Source: the human T2T-CHM13v2.0 reference genome, Homo sapiens. Taken from it: a stretch of 64,000 nucleotides of DNA. Within the stretch, counting starts at the first letter, position 1. Each line of letters starts with the position of its first letter. Under the pieces are notes generated by a model that saw nothing but the letters and a program-made list of their open reading frames with translations, was not told the DNA's origin and made no database searches. This document shows, in pieces, positions 32,501 to 44,453 of this stretch. The stretch is taken from NCBI RefSeq assembly GCF_009914755.1, contig NC_060948.1. One strand, written 5' to 3'. Made by a program: the position numbers and the translations under genes.

Positions 32501-35350
32501 TTAGGCTTAAAGTTATATCCTCGTGTGGCCCAAAAGAAATCTGTGCTGTCAGTTTCTGGAGCAGATCTCTTCCATGTAGGGGATCTGAGCAACTTGGGAG
32601 GTATAGGAATTCATGTTGGACTTCTTGTCCCTCTATGACATACCTTCTAGGCCAGCAAGATGGCCTCCTTTCTGGATCCCTTGTAGCCCCAATAATAGTT
32701 GTATCATGTTTAGATAGTGGCCCTATGGGCTGTGTCACTACTGAGTGTTTAGAGCTGGTGTTCACCATAAAGTCCATCTGTTGCTCCCCTACTTCTACTG
32801 TGATCATGGGCTCCTGGGGACTTGGGAGATGGAGCCCGGTCTTGCATAGTCTTCCTATTTTTCGGTCTCTGCCAGCCCAATTAAGTTGATGCCTGGCTCC
32901 CTCATGGTGTGGTGGTCCTTGGCTGGCTGTTTGATAGTTTTGTGTCCTCTGTTATTTCTTTTACTACCCTCTAAACACTTATTTTTCCAGGGACCCCCTT
33001 TTTTTGCAGTGCAAATATTGATCTCTATCTAGTCTCAGCTGACTTTTGGGTCTCTGCCCTGCTTGGCCCCTTCCACATCTGAGTCTGCATCTGCATCTGC
33101 TTGTGATGATAGCTTCCCTTTCCATGAGGGCTGCCACTAGTAGATCGGCCTTCTTCCTGAGTCTCCAATCAGCCTCACTTTGTGCTTTCTGGTCACAGTT
33201 AACATACACCTTCGTGGCCAATTCTGAAAGCTGGGTGGCATTCATGCCTGCAAAACCATCTAGCTTTTGCACTTTTCATCTTATGTCCCCCTGGGCTTGT
33301 CCTACAAATGCTGCATTTACTATCTGCTGGTTCTTATCCTTGGGGTCAAATGGAGTGTAAAGCCAGAATGCCTCAAACAGTTTCTAATAAAACTTGCTAG
33401 GGCTCTCGTCAGTTTCTTGAAGCACTTCTGAGATTTTTTCTATATTGATTACCTGTTTTCTGCCTTCCTTTAGCCTTTGCAAGAGTGGTTTTCAGTATGC
33501 CTGCAGATGCTGAAACTGGTCAAATCATCTGGGTCCCAGTGGGAGTGTGCTTCTGGGAACTGGACCTGAGAGTATGCCTGGAAATTAAATGTGCCTTCTG
33601 GCACATGGGCTTCTGGCCAGTTGAGGGCTGAATGAGCCATCCTTCCATGCTCTTTGGTGTTAAACAGCATCAGGAGAAGATGTTTACTATCTGGACAAAT
33701 TGAATTATGTGTCTGGAAAATGGACTGTATCAGATCTATGAGGGCCAGGGGCTTCTTCATGTAGGAGAGAATATGGTGTTTCCAGTTAGGGGATCAGTGA
33801 TTGAAATAGGCTGGTAGATAAGGGTCCATTTCCCCCCTTACGTATGGCCATATTCATCAAAGTAGAGGCCTCCCCAAGTCTCCTTGAAAGGCATCTGCAG
33901 AACCAGGGCATGGCCATAGCAGAGGCAGCTCACTTGATTATTCTGACACTCCTCCTTGACCTCCTGGGGCAGGGGCTCTGATTTCTCCCTTTGGGGTGAA
34001 ACCCAGGGTGTGTCACCATCTGAATTTGACTCCTCATGGGCCATTGGCCTTGGTAAAAGGGGGCTAATTGGGGTATAGGGAGGAGGGATTTCTGTCTCTT
34101 CTGGTGGTTTCCACAAAGCCAGTTTTTCTTGCCCTTCTTATGGCTTTCCCTTTTTCTCCATTGCTGCTGGTGAAGCTGATTCCTCTTTCACTTTAGGCTC
34201 AGCTTGAGCAACAAGCGTTTTGCAGTAAGCCATCAGGAAAGACTGTAGCCATGCTGGTTGGGATGATATTTAGCCATAAGTCAATATAAAAAAATTGGTC
34301 TGGATACCCTGGCTATTCTCTGACCCCAGTCACCACTTGATGTGCATGGTCAATTATTCCCCATCTATTGTTCCTTCAGCTGGCCACCCAACACTAAAAT
34401 AGGGCTTCTCTATTTTACAAAGACTCTTTTACCTCTGGGGAGTCGACTTGATACTACAATTCCCAGTGTAACATTTCTTAAACTTTTTAACGTGTATTCT
34501 AATATGGTGGGTTTTGACAACTTCCCTCACATCTCCTCCCAGTTATAGTGTCATACACTTACTCTTTTACTTTTGCTTCAGAATGATTAGACCACCTCTC
34601 CTGTGGGAGTATTTCAGATGATGCTTAGCTTTAATGGATGGTTTGTATAACCCCTGAACCCAGACCACCACAATCACTAAATTGTGTGGTGCCTGACTAA
34701 GCCATATGTGGTAGTTCCGGAGGACATATGCCAGTAATCCTGGTTGGTCCCACACTTCACTTGGGACATATGGTCTATGCTAAGAGACTTGCAGCCCCAC
34801 ATACATCGCCCTACTCTTGCACATGCATTCACACAGTTTCCACTCTCAGTTCCTCTTCAGAGGTTATGGTGTAGGTTTCATCTGAATTAGAGAGCAAATC
34901 TTGTGTCCTGATTTGGATAACTAGATACGCACTGGGAGGTGATCAGACTCCCATTCCATCTTTATGGTATGGGTCCTTCCTTGGGCCCCAAACCTTCCCA
35001 TGGTTCAGCAGCATGCTGTCCCTGGAATTGTCCTGTAGCCCCTTAAGTTCCATTGTGCTTTCGGGGGGTGCACAGGGTCACAGGACATCTGGCCTCTCTT
35101 TCAGGTTGAAGTTCTTCTGATGGTGCACCTGGGGTCACAGGTCTTTCCTGGCCTGGAGCTCCAGTCTGACAGGCAAAAGAAACAGCATACCTGTTGTCTC
35201 CAATCCTGGATGAGCTCCCAGAAAATGTTGCAGGAATTAAGGAATAGTAGAGACCAGTGGGTGGAAAAGAAGAATTGTATTGTGTGCACCCTGATTTAAC
35301 AGATTAACATTTAAACACTGAGCCCCAAACAAAGACAGGGCTTGACTTTT
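26518..35350 (-). mobile_element. Class I (gamma-like) ERV provirus, ERV3/HERV1-like group, defective, 5' LTR truncated
   Basis: 3' LTR at 26518-27092. env has ISD/CX6CC ([25 protein letters not shown]) and [19 protein letters not shown]. pol has QYINDLLL, SAQKAELIAL and YTDSKY. pro has FMVNTSS. gag spans ~32880-34530. tRNA-Pro-like PBS (TGGGAGCTCATCCAGGAT) at ~35203-35220. 5' LTR remnant at 35226-35350. Confidence 0.9.
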
Positions 35351-36875
35351 GAGTAGCTTGGATATTCTCTCTAGAAGTGTTCTTTGGATTTGTGTGTTGG
35401 TAGGTCATCCTCTTCTGGTTCATTGACTGGGAGAAAACAGTATTTCCTTGAAGCCCTTTTTATCTGTGCCTATTGGACTTTGTCAATTAGAAGCTTCTAC
35501 AGTCCATCATCTGGGATACATGAAAGACCTAAAAATCCCAGTAAATTTACATACTGTCACTCTTCAAGTTGTGAAGTCCCTAGAGAAAATGTCTTTCTCT
35601 TTCTACTTTTCAGAGTCTGTGTTTCCCTTCTGACATTATGTCAGAAACATTGGTGTGTTGCAGTGTAACTGGGAATTCTAAAAAGTGAAAGTTATAGAAA
35701 GGCTTTTAAAGTATCATGCAAAGAAATCATAGGAAGATAATATTACAGAGAATGGCATGATTAGATATACCTACAATGAACTGATTGTATAAAATAAAGT
35801 TTTCACCAAAATTAAATAATCTCAAAGAAGTTTTTATAATATATGTGAAATATATGTGAAATAGCCAATGATTTATAGCATATAAATAATATAGGACAGT
35901 GAAGAAAAGATAGAATACCTTCCATACACTTGGAAAAATAATACCATTGGCAATGTTTTCAGAAAATGTAAGCAAAAATATGTCTTGCTTCAACTGCAGA
36001 AGGGATATAGTAATAACACCTTTCTCAGAGATTTTCTTTGTTAAGTAACAAGTGATTTGATAGAAATCAAGCACTTATTTCTAGCTCTCTGGAGCAAAGT
36101 GAAAATTTGCAAAAGCAACTCTCATGACACCCAGAGACTATAAGTGTAAGACAAAATTATTTTTTAAAAATTCAAACTCACTATCAAGAAAAACATCATT
36201 TCTGAGGTTTGGACTCCAATAATATTGGTTGAGATTAACCTTAGTAGTTTGTTGAAGTAGTCAATTGAAGAGTAAAGTTGGATATACTCCCAGGAAAGAA
36301 ACCATTTCTTTGTTCAAGAGGGCTGGACCCCCTGCCTAAATCATTGGTGAAAGTTCATATTGCTCAGACATTTAGTGGGAACATTTGAGTCAATACTGAA
36401 AGCCATGCCCACAGATACTGGGATCTAACACAGAATGAGGTTTTTACTCAAAGCCATGACTTAAAATTTCATATCTCAACCTCTATCCAGTGTGATATTC
36501 TAGACTGAAGAGATGATTTTCATATTACCTGAAAGATACAACTACCTTAAAATAAGAAACTGGAATAAAATACTAGATTGAACAATTAAGTTCTTAAAAA
36601 CCTGAAAAGATTAACATAAAACTGCCCACCCACCAATAATAACTTTACATTTAAAAGGTTAACTTTCATTTACCACTTCAAAGACAACATTGCAAAATCA
36701 ATGTTGGAAGTTCCATGCCCTAAGAGATAGTCAAGATGCTTAGGGGTCACCCTCAAAAATGAAAAGTTAAATCAAAAGAGTCTTCATAATAACTAGGGTT
36801 AGGTGTTTTTGGGGATGAAGAAATGGAATCTAAGGGAAAAACAAGTGGGTAACAGGATACAAATTTTTTAAATAG

Positions 36876-37226
<351 letters not shown>

Positions 37227-37299
37227 TGTTTGTTTTTTATACAGAAGATTCAGCATAAATATAGCAAGAATAAGTAATTTCCTAAGTAGATGTGAAAGT

Positions 37300-37530
37300 A
37301 AGGTTGCCAGATGTAGGGGGAAAATACAGGAATTTAAATATCACATTTTAATTTGAAATTTGGCAATGTATTGACAAACAACAAAGAATTATATTTCAGT
37401 ATAAGTCTGTCCATGCAATATTGAGAATATTACTAAATTACAAAGCTATTGAGAATTATACTAAAATGCTGTTTGTTGTTTATTTAAAATGAAAATGTAA
37501 CTGGGAATCCTTCATTTTATCTGGTGGCCA
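37300..37530. mobile_element. MER3/MER33-like relic (copy B)
   Basis: AGGTTGCCAGAT..AAAATACAGG..CAGTATAAGTCTGTCCATGCAATATT..TTTTATCTGGTGGCC. Confidence 0.6.
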
Positions 37531-38786
37531 TACATGAAAGGGAAGTTATGAAAGTTGAGCTCAGATTAGGAAACTTTCATCTGCATTTAAAAAAAACACC
37601 ATGAGACAAAAATGTTTAGAAAGGGCAACAGGCAGAATACAAAAATTATCTCTACACAGAATATTATTCCACATATGTTTTTGTTACTTAGAGATACATT
37701 TTTCAACTTATGAAGACTATGCAAATATCAAAGACCTATCAAAACACCAAGGAAAAGAAGAATAAAGGTTTCCTTGTTTCCTTTTTTTAGCAAGAAGAAT
37801 AAATATCCAAATGAAAGAGGTATTACAAGAATTTTTTATGAGGCTAATAAATGTGTTACTTTGTTAGAAAAAAGTTAACTAACTGGGTTCTACTGATAAG
37901 CTAAGAAAGTTTAGAAATATCGTGACAAATGTCAAAAGCAGGAAAAGAAATAAATATGAGTAAGAAAATTAAATCAACACAATTAGGAAAATAGGTGGCA
38001 GGTGGGGAAGGGGAGAGAAGAACTAAGGCAGATATGCCAAAGCAGAGACAAAGAAAATCTAGGGTAGAACAACTCTCTAATCAGATATTAGTTAGAGAGC
38101 TATGAGAGTAACCATATTAGATGTAAACGGTTTATATTTCTGTGTTAAAATATAAAGTACTCTAATATTAGATTGAGAAAAAATTGCTTTTACCTAGAAA
38201 TAATCACCCTGAAATATTGAAAATAAAGGTTTAGAGAAAATCAACAGGTATTTATCAAAAAAGTAAGGTCACTGATATTATACAAGGCAAAGGAGAGTTT
38301 TAAGGAAAATACAAACAATAAAGAGGGATAATAAAATATAATTTATAAGGTAACAGACAAAATAAGAAATATCAAAATATGAAAATATATTTTAAAGATA
38401 ATATAACAGTCACAAATTTAAATGTCTCAGCAGCATTGTCTCAACCTACACCTGAGGCAAATTTTATGAATATCTATTTATGTAGACAAATCCCAATTGT
38501 AGTGAGAGGTGTTTAATATATTACTCACTTAGACTGATGAGTATACAGAAATTTAATAGTTAATAGATATACTTTGCAATGTTTATGTACTTACTTTTCT
38601 TCAGTTTTTTAAAGTGAAGCCTAGTAGTAGAGCACATTTTCAGGATTTGACAGCTCTGCTAGTAGAGAAAGAATTAATACAGAATAACCCTCATCCCCTT
38701 TAACATCAAGTCTATCTAATCTAAGTAGCACCTTGCTTTACCTTCTGACATGCTTACTAGTCATCATGCTCAACCTTCTTTTCCAG

Positions 38787-40770
38787 ATCCACTTTCTCAT
38801 GATACTGTCTTCTAACTGGCTTACATGGATGCCAGCAAAATGCAGGCTTACCAGGGTATCAAAGCAAAGAAAGAACACGAACTGCAAGATATCCAGTTTC
38901 TCTAAAAGGAGTAACTCACTTCTTACACATAAATGTTTGCCAGAGTGTTTCAGCCAACACATTGACAGCTCTGACAAATTATCAGACAACTGCTCTGCAT
39001 TACAGATGTATATCCCACCAAACTAAAGTAGACGTTCAAACACCTTTCTGTCTCAAGCTGCTGAGATGTAGCTCCCGGAATACCTTCCAGTGAGTACATC
39101 TTTTTCTTTAGAGCAAATATTGCAGGTTATATGTTAGCAATTTTAAAAGGTAACACTTTGACAAAATGACCTTTCACTCTGGAAATTTGTGGCACATTCA
39201 CATTTGCTGCTAGAACATTTCTCTCAAGACACTCAATGGAATATGTGATACTCTTTGATAAGGACCTGTGACATGCCAGCATCAAAAGATGAGACGATAA
39301 ATTCATATATATGCTATCTATTCTCAAATAAGTGTTACCTACATAGGAAATAAAGTGAAATTGGTGTGAAGTTTCAATTCTGACAGCTGGCACTTATTAA
39401 ACTTTGGCGCATAAGTAACGTGATTCATCTCATGACTTTTTAAATTAGCTTTCTCTCCGAAGTCCGTGTCCCATTAATTTCCTCAGCCAAGAAGAAAATA
39501 TTTTTCAATAATCCTAAAAGTAGGTACAATTCTGCTGACTCTACTAGATACTCTAAAAAATCTAGATTCAGACTCATTGACAAGAATTCCAGAAGCACTT
39601 TTATAATAGGTTTTATTTCAACAAAATACTGATCTAGTTTTTATTATCCTTGAGAAATAAATGTCATCTCTGCCTTAAAGAGTATTTGGTATACATTTTT
39701 CAGAATTTATATCAAAACCAATGACCTAAATATCTTTCACAGAATTTCGTTCTATGTATTTTTTTAAATTAAGAATTTTTACCTCACCAAAACAACCACC
39801 AGTTTAAACTATTTTTCAGTGCTCTGGGTAAACAGTTTCACATCCACTATCTAAAACCTAATTTCAAATTGGCCAAAGATCTGTAACCTTTGACTTCTAT
39901 AGACTTGAAGATGTAAGTAATTTAAATTAGGGTTGGTATTTCATTTTCTTCTTATCTAAATCTTAATTCCTTGGAATAACAAAGTTTGGTGTTGCATAAG
40001 AAAACTTCCTGAGTTTAAGACATTTTCAAAAGAAATTTGCCTTCTGCCTTATTGTATTCCAGATATTCAGTGACTATAGTTACAGTGTGTTAGTGATGGT
40101 AAATTCTGTGCAGTTCTTTATGAAATACTCTACATAACTGTTAGGTACATCAGTGTTTTTCAAATGGGCTGCTTAATACAGGATCCATTGTGTATATTCA
40201 CCTTAAAATTTAACTTGTGATTTGGCTGTTTCCTGGATTTGAGAGCACCACATGTGCAGAAATGTACTCAAAATTAAGAAAGGAAGTACAATTTTATATG
40301 GATGCTATTAAATTTGAACATCAAGTATCACATGTATCAGTGGGTTTTTCTTTTTTTTTATTTTTATTTTTTTGGTTACTCTATAAAAATGCCTGTTTGG
40401 GATTTTTTAATTTTAACTGAGAGAAGTTCTCTTCTGTATAGAACAAATATTCCAAAATAGTTACGTGTTTTGTTTTCCTGTTGCATGACAAAATTAACTA
40501 TTATTTCCAGCAATGGTGGTGCCTTCAGAGTCCAGTATTGCAGAAGATGTAGTGCCTCAAGTCTAATTTTAACTTTCTAATTCTGGTAGCTATTGTCAGA
40601 AACTTTTGAAAGCTTTGTTTATGTAGCCTTATTTTTTATGTAAAGAGAATTAAATTTTGCTATGTATAATTTTTTGTAATCTAACAGTTAATCCACATTG
40701 TCAATCAGTGTCAAGGGCTTCCTATTGTTCTACTCAAGTGTTACAATAAGTATTTGTAGATAATAGTTAA
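38787..40770 (+). pseudogene. GPM6B: GPM6B unprocessed pseudogene, terminal exon plus 3'UTR (copy B)
   Basis: TTTTCCAG|IHFLMILSSNW, then a 1-nt frameshift, then AYMDASKMQAYQGIKAKKEHELQDIQFL*KE*LTSYT* (38787-38932). Confidence 0.93.
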
Positions 40771-41830
40771 TCCTTGTCTATGCTTATTTTAAAGATCTAT
40801 ATTGGTGAAAATAGTTGTGGATATATTAAGAGAAATGAAATAAAAGTATAGCTTCATTCACTTGCCTTTTTACTTTATACAAATCTTATCTTTCTTTTTC
40901 CCTAGTATGCTGTGACTTTTGAATAATGTGCGTAGTAAAGATTTCACACTGGTGTGGTAGTCAAGTCTGTGAGTGCTACTTGGTTTATTTCTGGAAAATT
41001 TTCTTCAGCCATTTAAGAAAATATTATAATCTACCGGGCTGTACTGGGTATAAAAGTGCCAAAAGCACTTCTGTAGTTTTCTGTATATAGTAAGTACTTT
41101 CCTGACTAGTTTTGAAACAAATAAAAGCCACCTACCTATGAGATTAACAAGGCTTAAACTTGTGCAAATTACAAGCAATCAGTGCCCATGTGTAGTTGTT
41201 TATTTTTCAAATCGATGGTATAAAAATTGAAAGATTTACTCAGAAATATAGAGCAACCAGTTCTAACAATTACTCTCTAGAGTTGCAGAGCTAAATATGT
41301 TACTCAGAGTATTATTATATAATGTTTTTCAACTCCTTATTTGTCAATATAATTCTGAATTTGGATTGTCTGCATCTGACCTTTTTTAGTGAGGCCTAGC
41401 CTTTGTCACTATTGACACATGCCTACTCTTCATTGAGGTGCTGACTCTGGATCATCATCCTTTATTCATACATGACAGAAAAACAGTCAACAGTTCAATT
41501 AGTGTGCTATTTGTCACCTTCCTTTCTTCCTACTTTTAAGTAGCATTTTGTGCAATTATTTAAGTCACATGAATAGACAGGAAACTAAATAATACATAGA
41601 TGTGATCACAGGCAGCCTCTAAATTATCCACAGTGATTCTGCCAAAAAACCTAGGACAATCTACAGGTTTCAGTAGAGATTTTTTTTTCCAGTTCTGCAT
41701 TGTAAACGTTGATTTTTAGAAAATAAAAATGAAATCAATTGTAAAGAAGGAGCCGTGTGTTTTAAAATTAATGAAACACTTGAAGCCCATTCATTAAGTA
41801 TGAGGACCAATGGTTCCACAATAAAGATGC

Positions 41831-42205
41831 TATCTCAGTACCTTCCTGCTGCAATAACACAATACATTGGACTGGGTAACTTATAAAACCAGAAGTAAAT
41901 TTCTTACAGTTTTAGAGACTGAGAAGTCCAAGATCAAGGCATTGATGGTCTCCATGTCTGGTGAAGGCCTGGTCTCTGCTTCCAAGACGGCACCTTGTTG
42001 CTGCCTTCTCTAGAGAGGACAAATACAGTGTCTTCTAATGGTGGAAGGGCTAAAAAGCTTTGTTAGTTCCATTGAGTTCTTTTATAAGGTCGCTAATTGC
42101 TCTCTTATTTGCCTCCCAAAATCTTGAATTTTTACTTCTACCATTCTGGGGTGTTTAAATTCCAACATATAAATTCTGGAGGGACACAATTACTAAAGCC
42201 ACAGG
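41831..42205 (-). mobile_element. MaLR LTR (MLT1A/MST-like), copy B
   Basis: Paralog of 22891-23266. Confidence 0.75.
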
Positions 42206-42569
42206 CATCAAATGCAAAGACCAGAGGCAATATTGTACTATTTCTAATGCCTAGAAAAATCTGTATTTTAGTGTTCAGGTAGAAAACAGAAATGTGCTGG
42301 GAAAAATGGCCTCTTGTTTTACAGAAGGCAGCCCAGCTCTTCAGAGGAAAGAACACAGCTTACCCTTCCCAAATATAGGCCTAGATTTGACAAATAAGAT
42401 AGGTTAAACACATTTAAAAATTTGAGACCAAAATAAGAATGTTTTTTAAAAAGAACAGCTCCTTTTAGTGTAATGAATGAGACATTTTATGACTGGAAAA
42501 GGGGTTTCACTTGACTCGATTATTCTTGGTTCATACACTATAGTATCAAATGCAATTAGGAAAAAACAA

Positions 42570-42737
42570 ATACACTGGATTACACAGTGATTTCTATCGA
42601 GAGTTTTGTCTGATGACAGAGAAACATTTACAAAGGGGTAAATGTTATGTATCTTCTCATTATATTTGCAATAGAAGCTGGAGAGCAAACCTGGTTTTCA
42701 AGAGTGATCTGGTCCTTCATGAGAAAATCCTGTTCAA
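42570..42737 (-). pseudogene. OFD1: OFD1 pseudo last exon (exon 23) plus 3'UTR
   Basis: ACAGGATTTTCTCATGAAGGACCAGATCACTCT = TGFSHEGPDHS, versus OFD1 TGFSHEELDDSW. UTR motif CTTTGTAAATGTTTC..CATCAGACAAAACTC. Acceptor AG changed to AA. Confidence 0.85.
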
Positions 42738-43035
42738 TTACCAAAGGGGAGACAAAAATTAAAACGTAAAAATTTTGAAAATTTGTGTCAGATTTATTTG
42801 GTATCTTTGTAATGTTCTCAATTTATTTTCTGGGGAGTTTCTGGTCTTGCTTATCAATTATATTAGGATCAATTTCACAAGTTAGAAAATCCAATCCTTT
42901 CTTTTTATAGTCAGTAATTCTGACTGATTCAATAACTTCTTACAGGCAACCTCAAATTTCTAACCATTTCTTTTGGCTGAAAAAATAAGCAATTAACCGT
43001 TCACACATAAAACACAGTGTGGGGAAACCAAGTCC

Positions 43036-43102
43036 ATTTCAACTTTGTCACTAGATTGAAGCATGTCTATAGGGAGCCTTCCTGAATCACCTTTCTTGAG
43101 CT
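43036..43102 (-). pseudogene. OFD1: OFD1 pseudo-exon 22
   Basis: ATCAG|AGCTCAAGAAAGGTGATTCAGGAAGGCTCCCTA..CAATCTAGTGACAAAGTTGAA = [21 protein letters not shown], versus [22 protein letters not shown]. Frameshifted, donor degraded. Confidence 0.88.
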
Positions 43103-44298
43103 CTGATTACCTGGGGGAAAGGGAAGAATTTTGAAATTAGGTATGCATTAATTTTATGAAATACTTGGCTAAGAACCATTTTTGAAACATACATGTAATT
43201 TGAAAGCCTAAAAAAGCAGTGATTTATAAACACAAAATTTAGCAAGCACATCAAAATAAACCATAAGGTATGCATTTAACACCATGATGCTTCTGACATA
43301 TAAAATATTAATGTCAGTACTAATGTCCTTGTTATATGATAATAGTTTTTTTTCTCTTGGTCCTAAAACAGTGAACCACCCTACCTTACAAATTTTGACA
43401 AACTAAAATCTCTTAAATATTTTATCTTAAGAATGAAATATTTTATCTTAAATGTTTATCGGAAGAGTAATACCTTTAAAAGACTCGAGGTTCCATCTGA
43501 ACTTTCGATTTTTTATGCTTTTCACCTTTTTGTCTTCAATGGAGAAGAAAGATTACTTGGATGTGCATTCTTGTTTCGAGAAGTAAAAATAAACCACAGA
43601 AGCCCTGTGTGTCCCCGCCCACAGTGTGTGTGCCAGTGAACTAATTTTTCATAATGGAAGTCATTCCTATCATCAATGGAAAACAAATAGATCATCTCAA
43701 TGAAGGAAGCCATTAATTTCCCTCAAGTGTCCTGCGCTTTAGATTTGAATTAACCAGGAATCCAGGGAACATTCTTATGTTACAGTAATTCAAGCAAGAC
43801 TTAACAAGGTTGTTAAGTGGACAGAGTAATCCATCTGATAGGACAAGAATCAGAATACAGATGTGAAGAAGAGAACCTGAGGAAAAAGGGGTGCAGCATA
43901 CGCCCCTGGAAGCAAACTTGGACTGGCAGCCATCTCCACCTTTGGGTTCTTCTAGTACCAGCTAGCTGACACTGACAGCCTCTTCCTTAAACTCTGATTT
44001 CAAAGCAACATTCTGAAGCAAAGCACAGTCTACTTTTTTACAGCCTTATTTAAGGATCAGATGAGAATGCACAAAAATTACCTTCAAAAACAACCATTTA
44101 CTACCAAACTCCTAAGCTGCATATTCTACACAGCATTTCTCACTGCTTGTAAGACAAGAAGAGGACAGGGATTCCTTTTCGGGCACCTGCCACTCCTCTG
44201 AATTTGGACACTAATTGACTCCCTTCACTCACCTCAATGTAGTTACTAAAGGTGAACAATGCAGCAACTTGTACAGAGAATTAAGTCATAATTATTAC

Positions 44299-44453
44299 CC
44301 TTTCTTGATCCAGTTTTTCTAGTTCCCTCTGTTCCCTTTCTAAAATGTAGGTTACTCTGCCTTTTTTTCTTCTCTCTGCCTTCATTCTTTCACTTGCTGT
44401 TTCCACATTTTTTTCTTCTTCCTTTTGTTCTTCAATTTCTTTCTGATCTAGAT
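44299..44453 (-). pseudogene. OFD1: OFD1 pseudo-exon 20
   Basis: DQKEIEEQKEEEK...LEREQRELEKLDQER, versus OFD1 DQKQIEEQKEEEK...LERERRELEKLYQER. AG acceptor and GTAATA donor intact. Confidence 0.92.
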
